Below are positions 1 to 13,292 of a DNA stretch of 64,000 nt, in pieces. The stretch's first letter is position 1. Each line of letters opens with the position of its first letter. The notes under the pieces were generated by a model. That model did not search any database. It was not told the origin of the DNA and was given only the letters and a program-made list of their open reading frames with translations. Source of the stretch: Takakia lepidozioides. Its lineage: Eukaryota; Plantae; Bryophyta. Position numbers and translations under genes: made by a program. The DNA lies in contig CM060731.1 in NCBI GenBank assembly GCA_030704615.1, positions 30,814,001 through 30,878,000 of the forward strand, given 5' to 3'.

Positions 1-600
1 GGTGTGCTTGGCCATTATCTTGTTTATGCTCAGCCCAAGACGCAAATTGTGCAAAATCCATGACTTCATGTCATCATTGAGATAGGGAGCTATTGCACTT
101 CGGTTCAACTAACATGAAGGTCCGTGGCATATGACACCTCTTTCATTTACATATTGTTTCTCATAATAAACTATCTCCGCCATAGGAGGGTCCATGTAGC
201 ATTGTTTGACAACAAATCGGCACATGCATCCTCTTTTGATGCCTTCTCATGTTTTGTTGTTTGTTGTCCTTATTTGTTTCGGTTTTTCTCCTGTGGATGC
301 TGGCCCCACTCTAGGCTTTCTCCCCTTTTTCTTGGGTGGACCTGCACGCCATTTCTTCGCATGCATAGCCTCTGTTACCTCCACAATGTTTTGGGTATTG
401 TCTTCTGGGCCATAGGCGCAGTGATACCTACGCCAAGAACATGACTGGCCATTTAGAACAGCTCTTATGAAACCCGTAAGTGCATGGCTACTGGGATTGG
501 ACACAACCTGTACAATCTAAAGCATTCATTTCGTTTTCATGAATCGTGGCATGCTCATCAGGAATTCATACCTTGTAATGTTGATGGCACTGTTGATGCG
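1..600 (-). pseudogene. Degenerate N-terminal part of a MULE/SWIM-type transposase-like gene (AT1G60560/AT4G13970-like family), running off the window start
   Basis: Minus-strand frames give RRYHCAYGPED, then ...YYEKQYVNERGVICHGPSC*..RSAIAPYLNDDMKSWILHNLRLGLSINKIMAKH. This follows the recalled YWCSYGPED...HVNK.G..CHG...PY pattern of the family. Frameshifts and stops present. Confidence 0.5.
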
Positions 601-2081
601 TGGTGCCTGAAGACTACTAGTAGGGGTGTTTTTCTGTCGATGACTGATGAAGGTGCATGGGGCCTCCTTCAGGGAGGACTCACCAGCAATAAAGTCAAGG
701 ACACGATTCCAAGGGATATATGCAATTTCAGCTGTGTTCTCATTAGGTATCTGTCCATGCCATTTGGTTGCACGTCATGGTGTGTGAAAGTACCTGTCTT
801 TGGTGTCTGTAGCAGACTTTGCAGTTTACAAAACAGGTGGGGCAAAATATTGCCACCTTGAACCACTTCAGCCATGCTTACTGAAACAAAATACTTCTGA
901 GTTGGCTGGTGTCTTCTTTCGCTGCCCTATACTGCCACAAACGTCGTGCTCTTTTATGATGGTGTTCACACAATTGCAATTTACATGGAATGCTTCATGT
1001 TCATGTGGGCAAGATACAAAAATGATTCCATTTGGAATGTGAATGTGTTGTGCTAGGGACGAGACGCGTTTGGAAACCATGGAGACAACTGATGTACGAG
1101 GAAATGCACGATGAGGGTAGGAAAACCCTTGATTTGGGGTGGCTTTGCATGTGAGGATGTGGCATAAATCCGAACGTCCATTGGTTTCCTCAGATTTGCC
1201 ATTTCAAATTTGAATACCTATCAGAATGATTTTTGAAATAGACCATGATGTATGCTTGGGATTCCATGTATACTTGGTATAGCGCATACTATGGGGGATG
1301 GAGGACGATGCCATGCCCAGGATGGGAGGCGGGATAGGGATGTTCGTGAGGGCATGCGTCATGTCCCCGCATCGGGCACATGAGGGGGGGGGGGGGGGGG
1401 GGGGGTTGCCGTGCGGTAACGGCCGCGCGGTGTGCGGGCGATGGAGGCGGGGGTGGGCGGGGGGTCCACGCTGGCTGAACCGGCTCCCTCGCATTCAACT
1501 CCCGGGCTTGATCTATTACTTGGCGTTCCGCTTTTGGTATTGCGTCAGCTCAACTTCCTGGATATGCACAAAGTGCCCGAGAGCCATTGTGGGGAATGTA
1601 TGGGGGGCGGAAGGGATGGTGACTTAACATATAACTTTATTACGACTAAAAGCCCACCATGTTTCAGTTCTAAAAAATTCCCCGTCTTTTACGCACAAGC
1701 AAGGCAGAAACACCCAACTAGGCTAACTGTTTTAGTGCCAATCTGTCTCTCGCTCCGTGTGAAAACCTGTGAACCCTTTGCTTGTGGTCGTGCCAAACTT
1801 AGGGCAAGGCCAACAAAAAACAAACTACCAACTTCTCAAGAATATTATCACATGGGTTATAAGAGACATACAATCCTTACACTCTTAGTACCTGGGCAGC
1901 TTAGATAAAAAAAATTGTCGACGAACTCCGTCTCCATTGACCTGGAGCCTTATTTTTCACCCGGATAGGCTTCCAACATTGCAAAAAGATAAGATAACAT
2001 AAAGTTTCTTTAACGTCCAGTGAATTTACAGATCAACACACAGCCCATCGAGGGGCCAATGGACGGTTTGAAGGCACATGT

Positions 2082-2150
2082 TGAAGGATTGAACCTGGGA
2101 TCACCCAGGTTATGCACATGCAAGGCACAAATACCCAACCACTGGCCAAT
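2082..2150 (-). repeat. tRNA-derived (SINE head-like) fragment
   Basis: Minus strand has A-box-like TGGCCAGTGG and B-box GGTTCAATCC at tRNA-like spacing; no convincing cloverleaf. Confidence 0.3.
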
Positions 2151-2343
2151 CATACATTGCCGTCAAAGAGAAACTGAGACTAGTGGTTTTGAGCACTGAG
2201 AGAGAATTACTTGATATTTTATATTTTTGCCTTGTTTATTTGGAGGGTTATCACTAAAATTTTCCAACTGACCGGCTACAAAGTAGATAAGGGTCCAGGT
2301 CCCAAGGACCATTTTGGGGACCTAAAAGAGCTCTCGAAGTATA

Positions 2344-2403
2344 CCACGTCACAAGAGAAGCATGCCACGTCACAAGAGAAGTCATCGTCCGGACAAACAC
2401 GTG
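2344..2403 (+). promoter_or_regulatory. Duplicated 17-bp motif containing CCACGTCA plus a G-box (CACGTG) upstream of the U-box gene
   Basis: CCACGTCACAAGAGAAG at 2344-2360 and 2365-2381; CACGTG at 2398-2403. ACGT-core bZIP-type sites; function inferred only. Confidence 0.3.
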
Positions 2404-3239
2404 CGCGGAAACAGAGAGAAATGTCACACAGACAGTGTGGAGCGCTGTAGCCAATTCGCGAATGTGGTGTTGTGAGAATGCGTGCGAGACCAGTGAGAGG
2501 CTTGCTTGCTCGAGTTTGTCTGTAGTTGGAGATTTAGGAAGTTGGATACCATGATGATGGAGAGGATTATGGGAACCGTGAAGAAAAGATCTAGCAGTAA
2601 GAGTCCATTGAGGTTCACAGAAGGTGATAACAGAGCGAGGGAGGGGGGCGTGCATTCTCAGACAAGGAATTGTGGTCTGATTTTTGAGGTTTATAGGGTA
2701 TAGAGGTTAAGGAAGATAGAGGTGGATGTTTTCTTTCCATGGTTTTGTTGGAGTTGAGTGTCAGGGTCGCCTAAGCTCTGCTGAAGACCCGAGACAGCTC
2801 GGACGGCGACACTTGAACATCTGCAGGCAGGGCGAGCAAATGCCTACAGACTTTGCTAAAATTCGTTGGGTCATTCTGGAGGGTTCATGGGAACATGCGC
2901 CTACGTATCGTGCACAGCGCCTTCTCGGGTTGGCATAACTGTGGTGAGATTAACAAACACGGATGCACGGTGTTACGTTCTCAAGGTCTGACGGAAGTCT
3001 GAGTTTCCAGTACACACTGAAACACTGTTTTAGAATCATGTCAACTTGCCCTTGCGTATCCAAGACCAGAGAGAAGAAGCTCCTTATTGTGAATGGAGAA
3101 GTTCCATACTGTTATTTTGTGGGTGGGGGTTCTACCTGGTTCGATCGCAGAAAGGCAGTGGCATCAGTACTCTAGTACATTGTTTCTTCAGGACTCTTAC
3201 AGAAATACTACATATAATTTTATACAGAGAGAAGCAGGT

Positions 3240-6200
3240 ATGGATGGGATGATGACAGCCCAATGGGCAGGGTCGTTCAGCCGACGGGTTGCCATGCTTG
3301 CACTCGCCGCTCGAAATGTCACACCTGAGAAATTGCATGTTGCACACATCCTCCTATCTGATTTCGCTATTCGCCTTGACAAGTTGGCCCTTTTGATGAA
3401 GGACTTACAACGAGACCCAGACGTAAGCACCACTCCAGCATACCCATTTTTGGTGTTTAGACGCAGGCAAATTGTTTGAGTGTCTATCGATTTAGGTGGT
3501 GCAACTGATTATACTATGGACTGCAAGTTCTTCTAGAGCTGGTCGAGTGGGTTTATGGGATACCACCGAATGAGCCTTGTCTGAAATTGGTCATTGCACT
3601 CAGCTAACATCCAATATCAGTCCAACTTTCCAGGCTGATTAAGAGTCGATGATTGGGTTAGCCCATGGATGAGCGAATACTGAGAGAATGTACTCATTAG
3701 ACGGTTCTTGTCGCCCCAGAGAAAGCAAGAAAAAAGAAGAAGACATAAGCTTTGTAACTTGATGAGAGAAAGAAGATGAAATGGATTTCAGTGTTGAACT
3801 TAAGCTGCCAATCACTTCAGCGCCTGATAGCTGAAGGCCTCTTCCAAGGACAATGACACCACCATCTTCCCCTCATCTTGTAGTAGCTAGGTCACAAGAA
3901 ATGAGAATTATTTTCCTCGGGTAGGACAATCTGGAGCCTAGTCTGAGGAGGTTCATCAGCCTCACCAGTTGTGAGGCCCAACTCGGAAGTTCCTCGGAGG
4001 GATGTGGAGAACTCACTGGCGAGGTAGATAGCATGGTGAAACAGTTGTGTCCACCATATTCAGGATGTCAAAGATGGCTATGAAATTCTGGTTAGGGGTG
4101 CCTTTCTTGGTAGGGTGTGTTGTCAGCTTTCTTGAAGATTAACTTCGTTGTTGTTTGCACCAGGTCCAAGATAATGCAGAGTTTACTAAGGTGGAGAAGA
4201 GGGAGATGGAGGCAGATGTGACTGCCGCAGAGCAGCTGATTGAGGCTTACACTAACCGGTGCCCACTATCTTTGCTTTTGGGATGTCCACGATTATTAAA
4301 GCAGTTGCAAAAATTAAGTGCAAATTTGAGTAGATCTCTCAATTTATTCGTACCAGAAGTTTGTTCCCCAGCAATCAAGCTGCAGGTGTTACAGACTCAG
4401 CAATTCCTGGAGCAGCAAAACCTGAAACTAGGGGTTAAAGAACAGGCAATAGTTGAGTCTCTTGGTGTGGGGAATCTCAATTCAATAGCCTCAGACCCTG
4501 CCCTTGGCGACGAACTTGCACTCCAGATTTCAGAGTGTTTGGGTGTCAGCCTCAATAGCGATGCATTCTTGAAAGATCTTGCAACGCTGAAGTCGGAGGA
4601 GGGGGTTGATGTTGGTGAGGATAAAGCTTATTCTTTCTATTTGGAGCAGTGCATCTTGCTGCTGGAGAGAGCAGTAGTGAGATCTAAATGCCTGCCTGTG
4701 ACTGGGGTAGAGATGGGCCGCATGATTGCGGCCAGCCCACCCAGCCGAGAAAGATCCATGCGCAATACCCCTCTCCAGCCCCTCCAGTCCTTCATCTGTC
4801 CCATAACTAGGGAGGTGATGAAGGATCCTGTGCAGATTGCTTCGGGTCAGACGTATGAGCGCACAGCAATCGAAAGATGGTTTGCGGCTGGTCACACACG
4901 CTGTCCAATGGGGGTGGAACTCAAAAACACCAAGATGAAGTCAAACTTTGCATTGCGGCAATCTATTGCTGAATGGCGGGAGAGGAATTACAGCTGCCGT
5001 TTGGACATAGCTGAACAGCTCCTACTCTCTGAAGACCTGCTGTCCATAGACGTGGAAGAACAGGTCAAGGTCCTCCGGGATGTGCAAGCTCTATGTGAAG
5101 AAGATACAATGAATAAGTATACGATTGCTTCGAGAGGTCTTCTTGCTCCTCTTGTACATTTGATTGAGTCTAGAAACTTGGAGATTCGGAAGACGAGTTG
5201 TTCAGCCTTGTTCAGCCTTGCTCAGGACAACGACGACAATCAGGTATGCCAAGTTACAACTTTTCTACTTGGCGCTTTGTTCGTTTCTTCTTATGTGGGT
5301 TGTTCTTGTATGTTCCATTTCTATGGTTTTTTCCTCTGCCAAGAGGTTCTGGATGTGAATTTAGTCAAGGATAATTGTCTTTCAAGATCAGAGCATTTTA
5401 CAGCTAGTGTCCCAACGAGTGCGTGGGTAGCAGCCATTTGGTGCTAAGTCATGTCTTTTTCAGTAGGGTGAACTTGAGCAGACACTAAAGCTTTAGTGCT
5501 CACATAGTCTAGGAACAAATAATGTAGACTCCTTGATGGTTGGATGTATCATACATTTCTGAATATTGTTTGATATTGCATCTTATGCAATGTCTGCATG
5601 TACATTCGAGTCTCACCACTCTGGCCTGATCCAATGGTTTGGCCTGGAGCACTTGCATAGGCACTAATGGGGCAGTACCAATCTAGAGGCCCACATGAGC
5701 ATGCTGAGACTTGGTAGCCCAGGCAGGACCTATTCGATGTAGTATTCTTGTGATACCCACTTCACCTAAAAATCTAATGCTATTTTCATCACTATTCTCC
5801 AGGAGCTAATGGTGAAAGAAGGGTTGATTGATCTGGTTGTGCGGTGCCTGGCACGGCAATTTGATGAAGCGCAACAAGCTGTGTTGTTACTGAGATTGCT
5901 GTCGGAGAAGCCCAAGATAGCAGAGATGATAAGCCATGCACAGGGTGCAGTCTTGCTGCTAGTGACTTTGTTGGGGTGCGACCACAAAGAGTTGGTACCC
6001 GATGTCAAGGCTGTGTTGGAGAATGTTCCCGCAAGTGATGACAATGTTGTAATCATGGCTGAAGCCAATCTCTTGACACCCTTGGTCTTGCGCCTGGTCC
6101 GTGGTAGGTTCTTTCTCCTTACAGCCCTGCGGTGCTGTCAGTGCCACATGCGACATCTAGGCTAATTATAGGGTTACATCATCATCATCACTTGTCGATT

Positions 6201-8534
6201 GCAAAGCCGACCCCCTTACAAAAGTTACCCTGAAAAGGAATTAATGGGATCAGTTCAATCCTAGTGAAGTGAATTGTTGTTGGCTGGGTCAAAGGCTACA
6301 GATATCTTGGGCTTGGTTGTATGCCCTGATGATTTTTCCTCCACAACCAAGAGATGATACCCTTTTGTGTGCAATAAGTACACTTCTCTGTTTGTGTTGT
6401 GGAACTAGGCATGACAGATGTGGTCAGGGTTTCACACTGAAAGGAAAAGGAGATGAGAGCAGGATGTGGATGATCCATGATGACTTCTTGAGTCTTACTG
6501 CACAACAATTCCTGTGGCTGGGGCTGCGTAATTGAATCAGTACCTTCTAATCTGTACAATCCTCCTATCATAGATGAGTGCATTTAAAGCCAACACAGGA
6601 AATTCCCTTGTGAAATGTAGGAGCAACAGCATCCAAGATTGTCATGGCCAAGACTTTGGCGCGGCTCCACATGCCAAGTACCAGCAAAGTTGTTGCAAGT
6701 ACCCACGATTCAATAGTCACTTTGACCAACATGATGAATTCAGCAAACGAGGATGAACAGGACTCAGCCATCAGTGCCTTGGAGAACCTCTCTACTGTAG
6801 ACAAGGTTGGCCGAATGATCGCTGATTGCAGTGGTCTTGAGGTTAGTTCCTTTGCCTCAAAGCCAGTACTGCTTTTCTCAAGCTGTGGTGTAAATTTTAG
6901 GCTTGTACCGCTTTTGACCGCCCACAAGCTGACCTAAGGAAATTGTGGTGTTTCTGAGGATGAGGTGTACTCATTAGACTATGCATGCTGTAGCCTTGTG
7001 CCCAGTTTGGACGGTGCAGAAAAAGGTAGGGAGGAGGAAGTAAGGGGCCATGAGGAGAGCAGCGTAGGGGCTGTTACTGCTCTGAAGGTTCAGTCAAGTA
7101 GTGATGAAGTCAATTCGAAAGCAAGGAATCGTACCACCCGTTTGTTTTTTTGAGGGTGAGATTTGTTGAATGCAGACGAGTGTTACAGCATTAAAGTCAC
7201 ATTTTGGTTTACTAGCATCCATGCATGTATTTACTCAGTAAGAGTTGCTGGTGCAGATTCTAATTAGGTTGTTGACATCTGCGAAGTCATCAGCCAGCTT
7301 GAAAACTCGTGTATCTCAAGTCATTGCCAATGTATTGGTCGCCCTAGGTGATGAATGGCACCAAAGCAACGAAAGAGACCTGGATCTTGAAAGTTATGTA
7401 AACAGATTCCTCTCTTTTATGGGGCCGCTCACACCTCCCACAGTGCAAGGCCACCTGCTGCGTGGTCTGCTGGGACTTGCAAAGGGTGAAGCTACAAGGG
7501 TGGTGGCAATAGAGAAGATGAAAGAGAGGCAGGGGTTCAATGTGCTAATACCACTGCTGAAGGGAAGTGTGCCATCAAAAGTGAGACATTATGCCATCCA
7601 ACTTTTTTGCTGCTTGTCAAGAGTGTTCGGTTCAGAGGCTTGTGCAGCCTTGAAGGAGCAACCAGACAGTCTACATCTGCTTGTGGAAATTATACAGAGA
7701 ACAGATTCTACAGAGGTAGAGATTGTTTCAGCAACTAGTATCTTGGGGGACTTACCAACAGACGATAGCAATGTTACTGCTGTGTTACAGAAAACAAATG
7801 TTGTCATCTCTCTTGCAAGACACTTGGGAGACAGGAATGCGGTCTTGGTGGAGGCAGCTGCTGGAGCCCTCCTCCGCTTCAGCTCTCCAACGCAGGTGGA
7901 GCTGCAGCAAAAACTAGCAGAACTTGGGGTAATTCCAAAGTTTGTAAGTGTCCTTGATTTGGGTCGGAACCTGGCAAAAGAGAGGGCTGCCACTGCATTG
8001 GCCAATTTTTCCGCCAGTACACCATCGTTGGTACGACCTGTAAGCACGCCCAAGTTTTGGATGTGCTTTGCGCCCCGAGCAGAAACCTGTCTGTTGCATG
8101 CCGGGTTATGCTCAGTGGAAACTAGTTTCTGCTTGCTTGAAGCTGATGCGATAGCCCCTCTTCTTGCAGTTTTGAAGGAAGGGGATCCCCAGCCTGCTGA
8201 GGCAGCACTGGTGGCTTTAAACACTTTGGTTGACGACCGTACAAGGTACTGGGAGCGTGGATGCCATGTGATTGCGAAAGCGAAGGGCATTCCACTCATT
8301 ATCAGCATGCTGAGCAAAGGCACTCCGCACGCCCAGGAAGTCTCAGTCAACATGTGTGAAAAGTTTTTCCGGTTGGAACAATATCGCGACAACTATGGTG
8401 GAACTGCACAGATGCACATCATCAGTGTTGCACAGAATGGAGGTCCAAATGCGAAACGAGTTGCTGGGCGTATTCTCCGGCAACTTGATCTTCTCCACAG
8501 CCAGTCAAACTACTTTGGCACATCCATTCCCTGA
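3240..8534 (+). CDS. U-box/armadillo-repeat E3 ubiquitin ligase, SAUL1/PUB43/PUB44-like, ~1020 aa; exons 3240-3422, 4164-5243, 5803-6103, 6621-6841, 7257-8534
   Basis: U-box SFICPITREVMKDPVQIASGQTYERTAIERWF...CP...NFALRQSIAEW. ARM repeats and a C-terminal CLLHAGLCSVETSFCLLEADAIAPL motif. All four introns are GT-AG with consistent phases (0,0,1,0), giving a 3063-nt open CDS. Confidence 0.88.
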
Positions 8535-10104
8535 TTGGTCCAATTCCAGTGTGGTGTTAAAGTCAAGCAGGAGCTAGCTTACTACAACGTTCAATCTTGA
8601 TTGCCCCACAAGGAGGGGTAATATTTACGTTGCAGACAGGTCACTATGGCGTTCGTGCGTTTCTGCCATTTGAGTCACAGTAACCATCTGAATCATGGTA
8701 GTGGTGGCATCAAAGAAGGGCCTTTGCCAAACCCAGGGCTTCAAATCAGCTCAAGTGGCCAACACTATGGGTGCTGTCACAGTTCTGACTTTTTACACCC
8801 ATCAGCACAATGACCAGAACATATTGGCACAAGCTGAGAAAGTTCTCAAGTGAGCCTGCCTGTGAAAATAGCGAGTTTCTCCATCAATGGAAGACGGCTC
8901 AAATCTACGACTGCATTCACGGTCATGTTCCCACTTATCCTGATATTAGAGGACATATTATCTGTTTGGACAAGATCCTCAGCAGCAAATGCAGTGATGA
9001 TGTTCACATGTTGTAAATTGTGACCTGTACGGAGGCTATATTTGGGACATTTCACATCTGATTACTGTCTATGAAGTAAAGCTTCTGTGCCAAAAATTGC
9101 CTGTCATGTTCTCAAATGGTCTCCTGCTTGCCACACTGCATTGTCACTGGCTCAGTTATTGGACAAACCTGTACCTGTAAGGAGTGTGGAGCACAGTGTA
9201 AGCAGCGAAGTATGACTACACTTTCTTTACATGAGTTCGCTCCCATTGAAGACCAAAGCTGGATTGTACTTCGAGCAATGGATCAAGAAGTGAATATATT
9301 TACTGGTGTAAATTCTATATAGCTTCCACAGCACCCATCTGCAGGAGAGATTTACAAGCCATTCCTTTCCATGGCGATCCCCTCTGCATACCCCAACCCA
9401 CCTGCTCTAAGCACAGCCATCTGCAAGGCAGTTGTAGATCAGACCTCTGAGGGACAGATGTTGTTTATTATCTGACCTCTCAATCGTGGGAAATTATTTG
9501 GATGATCTATGAAGATTGGGTTAGTCTTCTGCTGTTGATCGTTGAGAAGGAAAACCTTCAAATCCTAGAGCTGCATCTACGGATATTGGCAGAATTTCGA
9601 TTCCATATCCCATGTTTATGAGACTCTAAGGAAGACTACCGGACAGAAATCTTTGTACGTGGCTTGCTTGATCGAGTTTTCAGATAGAGAAGAACCCCGG
9701 GAAGAACCCCCGTTAAGCTTTAAGGTAACTTAGGCCTCTACAAATATTCTTGCATTCCTTAGCTCTAAACTTGTTTTCTTTCACCTAGGGTGAAGTAGCA
9801 CTATATCTGCCAGTGTCTCTTAGTCTTGTGAGGTTGAGTGTAAGATCTTTAAAATGACAAATGGTTCCTTGTCCAAAAATCAGAGAACCAATTCCATTGG
9901 TGGTTAGTTCTGCTACCTGCATGTGTAAACACCACAATGACTTGTGTGGCCTGTGACTATGAGCACATATTGTGCTGTTGTTTTACTAAATATATGCAGA
10001 TTTCGGCTACAAAAGAGGTCTTAAGCAATACTGTAAATGCCAATATTCCAAAAAACCCTATTTGTTATTTTTCATGAATTTCTAATGACAAAAAATACTT
10101 GACA

Positions 10105-10275
10105 TTCAATACCTCCCACACCGCAGGTCCAAAGATTATGAAACCAACCCCCTGCTCATCGAGGGCTTTCCAGCGGTATTAAAGACCCTGGGGACCTTGC
10201 AGTTTGGGAGATCTCAACAACGAAACAAAACAAACAAACAAAACAAAACAAACTACGTTGCTTAATATATGGATT
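10105..10275 (-). mobile_element. Short non-autonomous Helitron/Helentron-like repeat remnant with (GTTT)n microsatellite
   Basis: Minus strand begins ATCCATATATTAAGCAACGTAG followed by a (TTTG/TTTTG)n tract, resembling DINE/HINE-type element heads. Confidence 0.3.
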
Positions 10276-11788
10276 CTTTATGACTTGAATAGTCAGACAG
10301 CTGATGAAGATATAGATGAGCAAATTTCACTAATTTCATAATGATTTGGCAGTTCATTGCCAGATCTTGCAAATGTGGGTTCTATATGCAAATTTCTACC
10401 TTTGTACTCTGATCGTCCATGCAATGACATGCAGGCACCTCTCAATTGCTAAGATGTGGCTCTAATTTGTGTCACATTGGAGAAGTAATCAAGCATGAGA
10501 CCCTTCTTGAGCTGGTTCAATTGAGAAAGAAAACTAACGAGACAGAACCACCTCAAAAATAACAAAGAGAAAATGTAAGAGGAGAAGCAGTCATGTCTGA
10601 TATATGTTGACCCTGGATGCTCTTTAGAATCACTAGGCCGTTGCCATGTAACATCGCCCCTGTTGCTGCTGTCTCTTTAGTCCTCTCCGACGACTCCTTA
10701 CTGTTCGCAAGCTGCTTATTACCTACAAAAAAATGACCTTAAGCTTGAACAGTCGTCTAGAGATGAACCCCTTCCCCTAGAGAGAAGAAGTCCTCTGGCA
10801 CATGAAGGACAAAATGCATAGACACAGCAGCCATCTCAGACATATTCACATCTAATCATGCCCCCAAACTTCCTCAACATTACATCCCAAAATAAACAAG
10901 ATTGGTCAGAGATTTGAGTAGCCATCATAATCAAGTGTATGTCCATAAAATAAACAACAGACAAAAGAGCAAACCTGCTCTTTAGGGTTTCAGGGTTTCA
11001 CAATAATTTGCTAAGCAGCTGTCACTCCAGGACAGGACAGAATGTACTCATAAGACGACGTTTCCAGGACAGGACAGAGAGGGTTAGGCTGGTATGGAAG
11101 CTGATAACTTACATCCAGACTACAAATTCTTTAGAGATTTTTTCTCTACTGCCTTTAAGAATCTAACTCGTGGACCATCGTCATTCCATTGAGACCAGAT
11201 TCAGCCACAGATGGTAAGGATTGTAACAGCTGTACGACCGCCAAAACCTTTGATTTCTGGAAGAAGGGATGAATCTAATTTAGGATTACAGAGAAGCCCA
11301 CATCATCAAGCCACACCTTGATAGCAAATATTGCCATTGAGCAGTGCAAATATATATTTCAAGTTTTCTGGAGCAATGTGTTCCCTATCTGGTCTTGAGT
11401 GCAGCTTTTTGTCCTATCTACCGTTACTAGCACCACCTACTGAGTTCTGTGGGAATGGTCTAACCTCTTTTTGTAAGCATGGACTTCTTCAACCTGAAAG
11501 GATGACTTCCGCTACACTTCTATAAGCTCACCCTTGACAACCTCTTCATTGTCGGAGTTACCAAATCCTCCAGGGCATTGCCTCTGCGCTTAGCCTCATC
11601 AAAGACAAGCCAACTCCACCAAGACCTTGAGTGCTTTAACAAATGCCAAGTATAATCATTCTTGGACGATCCACAGTCTCTTGACAGCTTTTCGGCTTTC
11701 TGTGTCAAAATCCTCAAAAAGCACATATTCCACATTGCCAGTAACTTATGAGCAAAGCCAATCATTGACATCCGTGCATAGCAGATTA

Positions 11789-12499
11789 CTACGAATGGGT
11801 CCATCTCCAAAATGCAATGACAACTATAACAGTCACGAGCATGCCAACATAGGCCACCCATCTATCCATGAGATGTCGCCGTTCTATGACTCTCAGCACT
11901 GAGTTGGACAGGCCCACAGTGTTCAGCACATCATACGCCTTGCGTTGGGCTTGCTTGAGGCGATCGCGCTGGATGGCATACTGGGCTAGCACGGCAGATC
12001 CCGTGGCGAAGGCATCATCAAGCATTCGTGAAGAATTGCGAGCTGACTGCATTGCCAGGGCCTCCTCGTCATACACCTCCACGATCTGTGCTCCATCCCC
12101 TCTTGTGCGGCGGAAAAGCTCCGCGCGATCTTGTGCTTCTACTTGGCGACGATGCTGCCGGCTCTGGTACTTGTCAAGCCCTGCTTTCAAGGCCTCCACT
12201 TCCTCGGCCACTTGCTCCACCTTCCGTTTCCATAGATCCCGCTGTGCCTTTGGCATCTGCTGGCGCCATAGCCGATCCATGTCAGAACTCCACACGCGCA
12301 ACTGCCCAAGCTCCCGATTCACATACTCAGCCAGATCCGGCGCAACGGGCCCTTCCTGACCTATTCCCCTCAACCTGGGGCTGCTGTTGCTGCCCTGTTG
12401 TCCTGATGATTCCAGTCTTTCCAGCCTTTCCAGCCCATCCCGGACCATCAGCAATGTGTGCCGCGCTTGCGCGTACACCTCCGACAGTGTGGCTGCCAT
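11789..12499 (-). CDS. MEMB11: Membrin (GOSR2/Bos1-type Golgi Qb-SNARE), 236 aa, single coding exon
   Basis: MAATLSEVYAQARHTLLMVRDGLERLERLE...QRDLWKRKVEQVAEE...QRDRLKQAQRKAYDVLNTVGLSNSVLRVIERRHLMDRWVAYVGMLVTVIVVIAFWRW. SNARE coil plus C-terminal TM anchor, matching plant membrins. Confidence 0.92.
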   Translation of the reverse strand: MAATLSEVYAQARHTLLMVRDGLERLERLESSGQQGSNSSPRLRGIGQEGPVAPDLAEYVNRELGQLRVWSSDMDRLWRQQMPKAQRDLWKRKVEQVAEEVEALKAGLDKYQSRQHRRQVEAQDRAELFRRTRGDGAQIVEVYDEEALAMQSARNSSRMLDDAFATGSAVLAQYAIQRDRLKQAQRKAYDVLNTVGLSNSVLRVIERRHLMDRWVAYVGMLVTVIVVIAFWRWTHS

Positions 12500-13292
12500 G
12501 ACTATTCCCAAATCTTTCTCCCAAGACGCTGCTACCCTCAACGATCGAGAGAGAGAAAAGACAGAGGGCCAGGAATCCACAAACTAGAAAACCTCTCAAG
12601 CTCTCCTCAGAGCGTCCGCTAGAAATAATCCATTCTTGGTGGCCAGTACATTACCCAGTCTTGCTCGAGTTATCAACATGATAGTCTCTTCAGACAAATC
12701 TCCATCAAAACAAGAACTTTCTTCGTGACTAATCACACACATACCCTCTGAATCTGCACACTGAATGCGCCGCTCACATTCCCATGGCATCCGACATAAA
12801 TACCTCCAGAATGCTCCTTGCATAATCGTAATCTGCTCCACCGTGATCCACCCGCCTGCGAGGTTGCTGTCGAGTCTGTGAGAGAAGAGTCGAAGAAGCT
12901 TGGCTCCACATTCCTCTGCCGTGAAAGTTTTTCTTTTCTACCCTGCCCAATACTCGATACCCTATTGCATCAAAATCTTATTATAATTATTGCATTTTTA
13001 TCTAATGTTTCTGGAGTAATTTCCAGTGTTGTTCTGGTATCAGGTTTAGGACATACCAGACGTCTATATAATGGTGGATATATTTTTTTCCAGATACTGG
13101 TATAAGTATGAATATCATGACCGCAACACCAGCTGGTATAGCTGGTATGAGATATCAATTCTGGTATCATACCAAAGCCATCTTGAATTACAAGTTTATC
13201 AAATAGCAAGTATCAAGTGACAATCATGCAGGGTCAAGGATCCCAACGAGTGGACGAGAAGCAAAAAAATCACGGAGGTCGGTCACAAATTC

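Noticed and set aside
7589-8392. Long antisense ORFs (also 11868-12359, 48323-49081, 50779-51675)
   Set aside because: Shadows of real coding sequence on the opposite strand, with no independent motifs.
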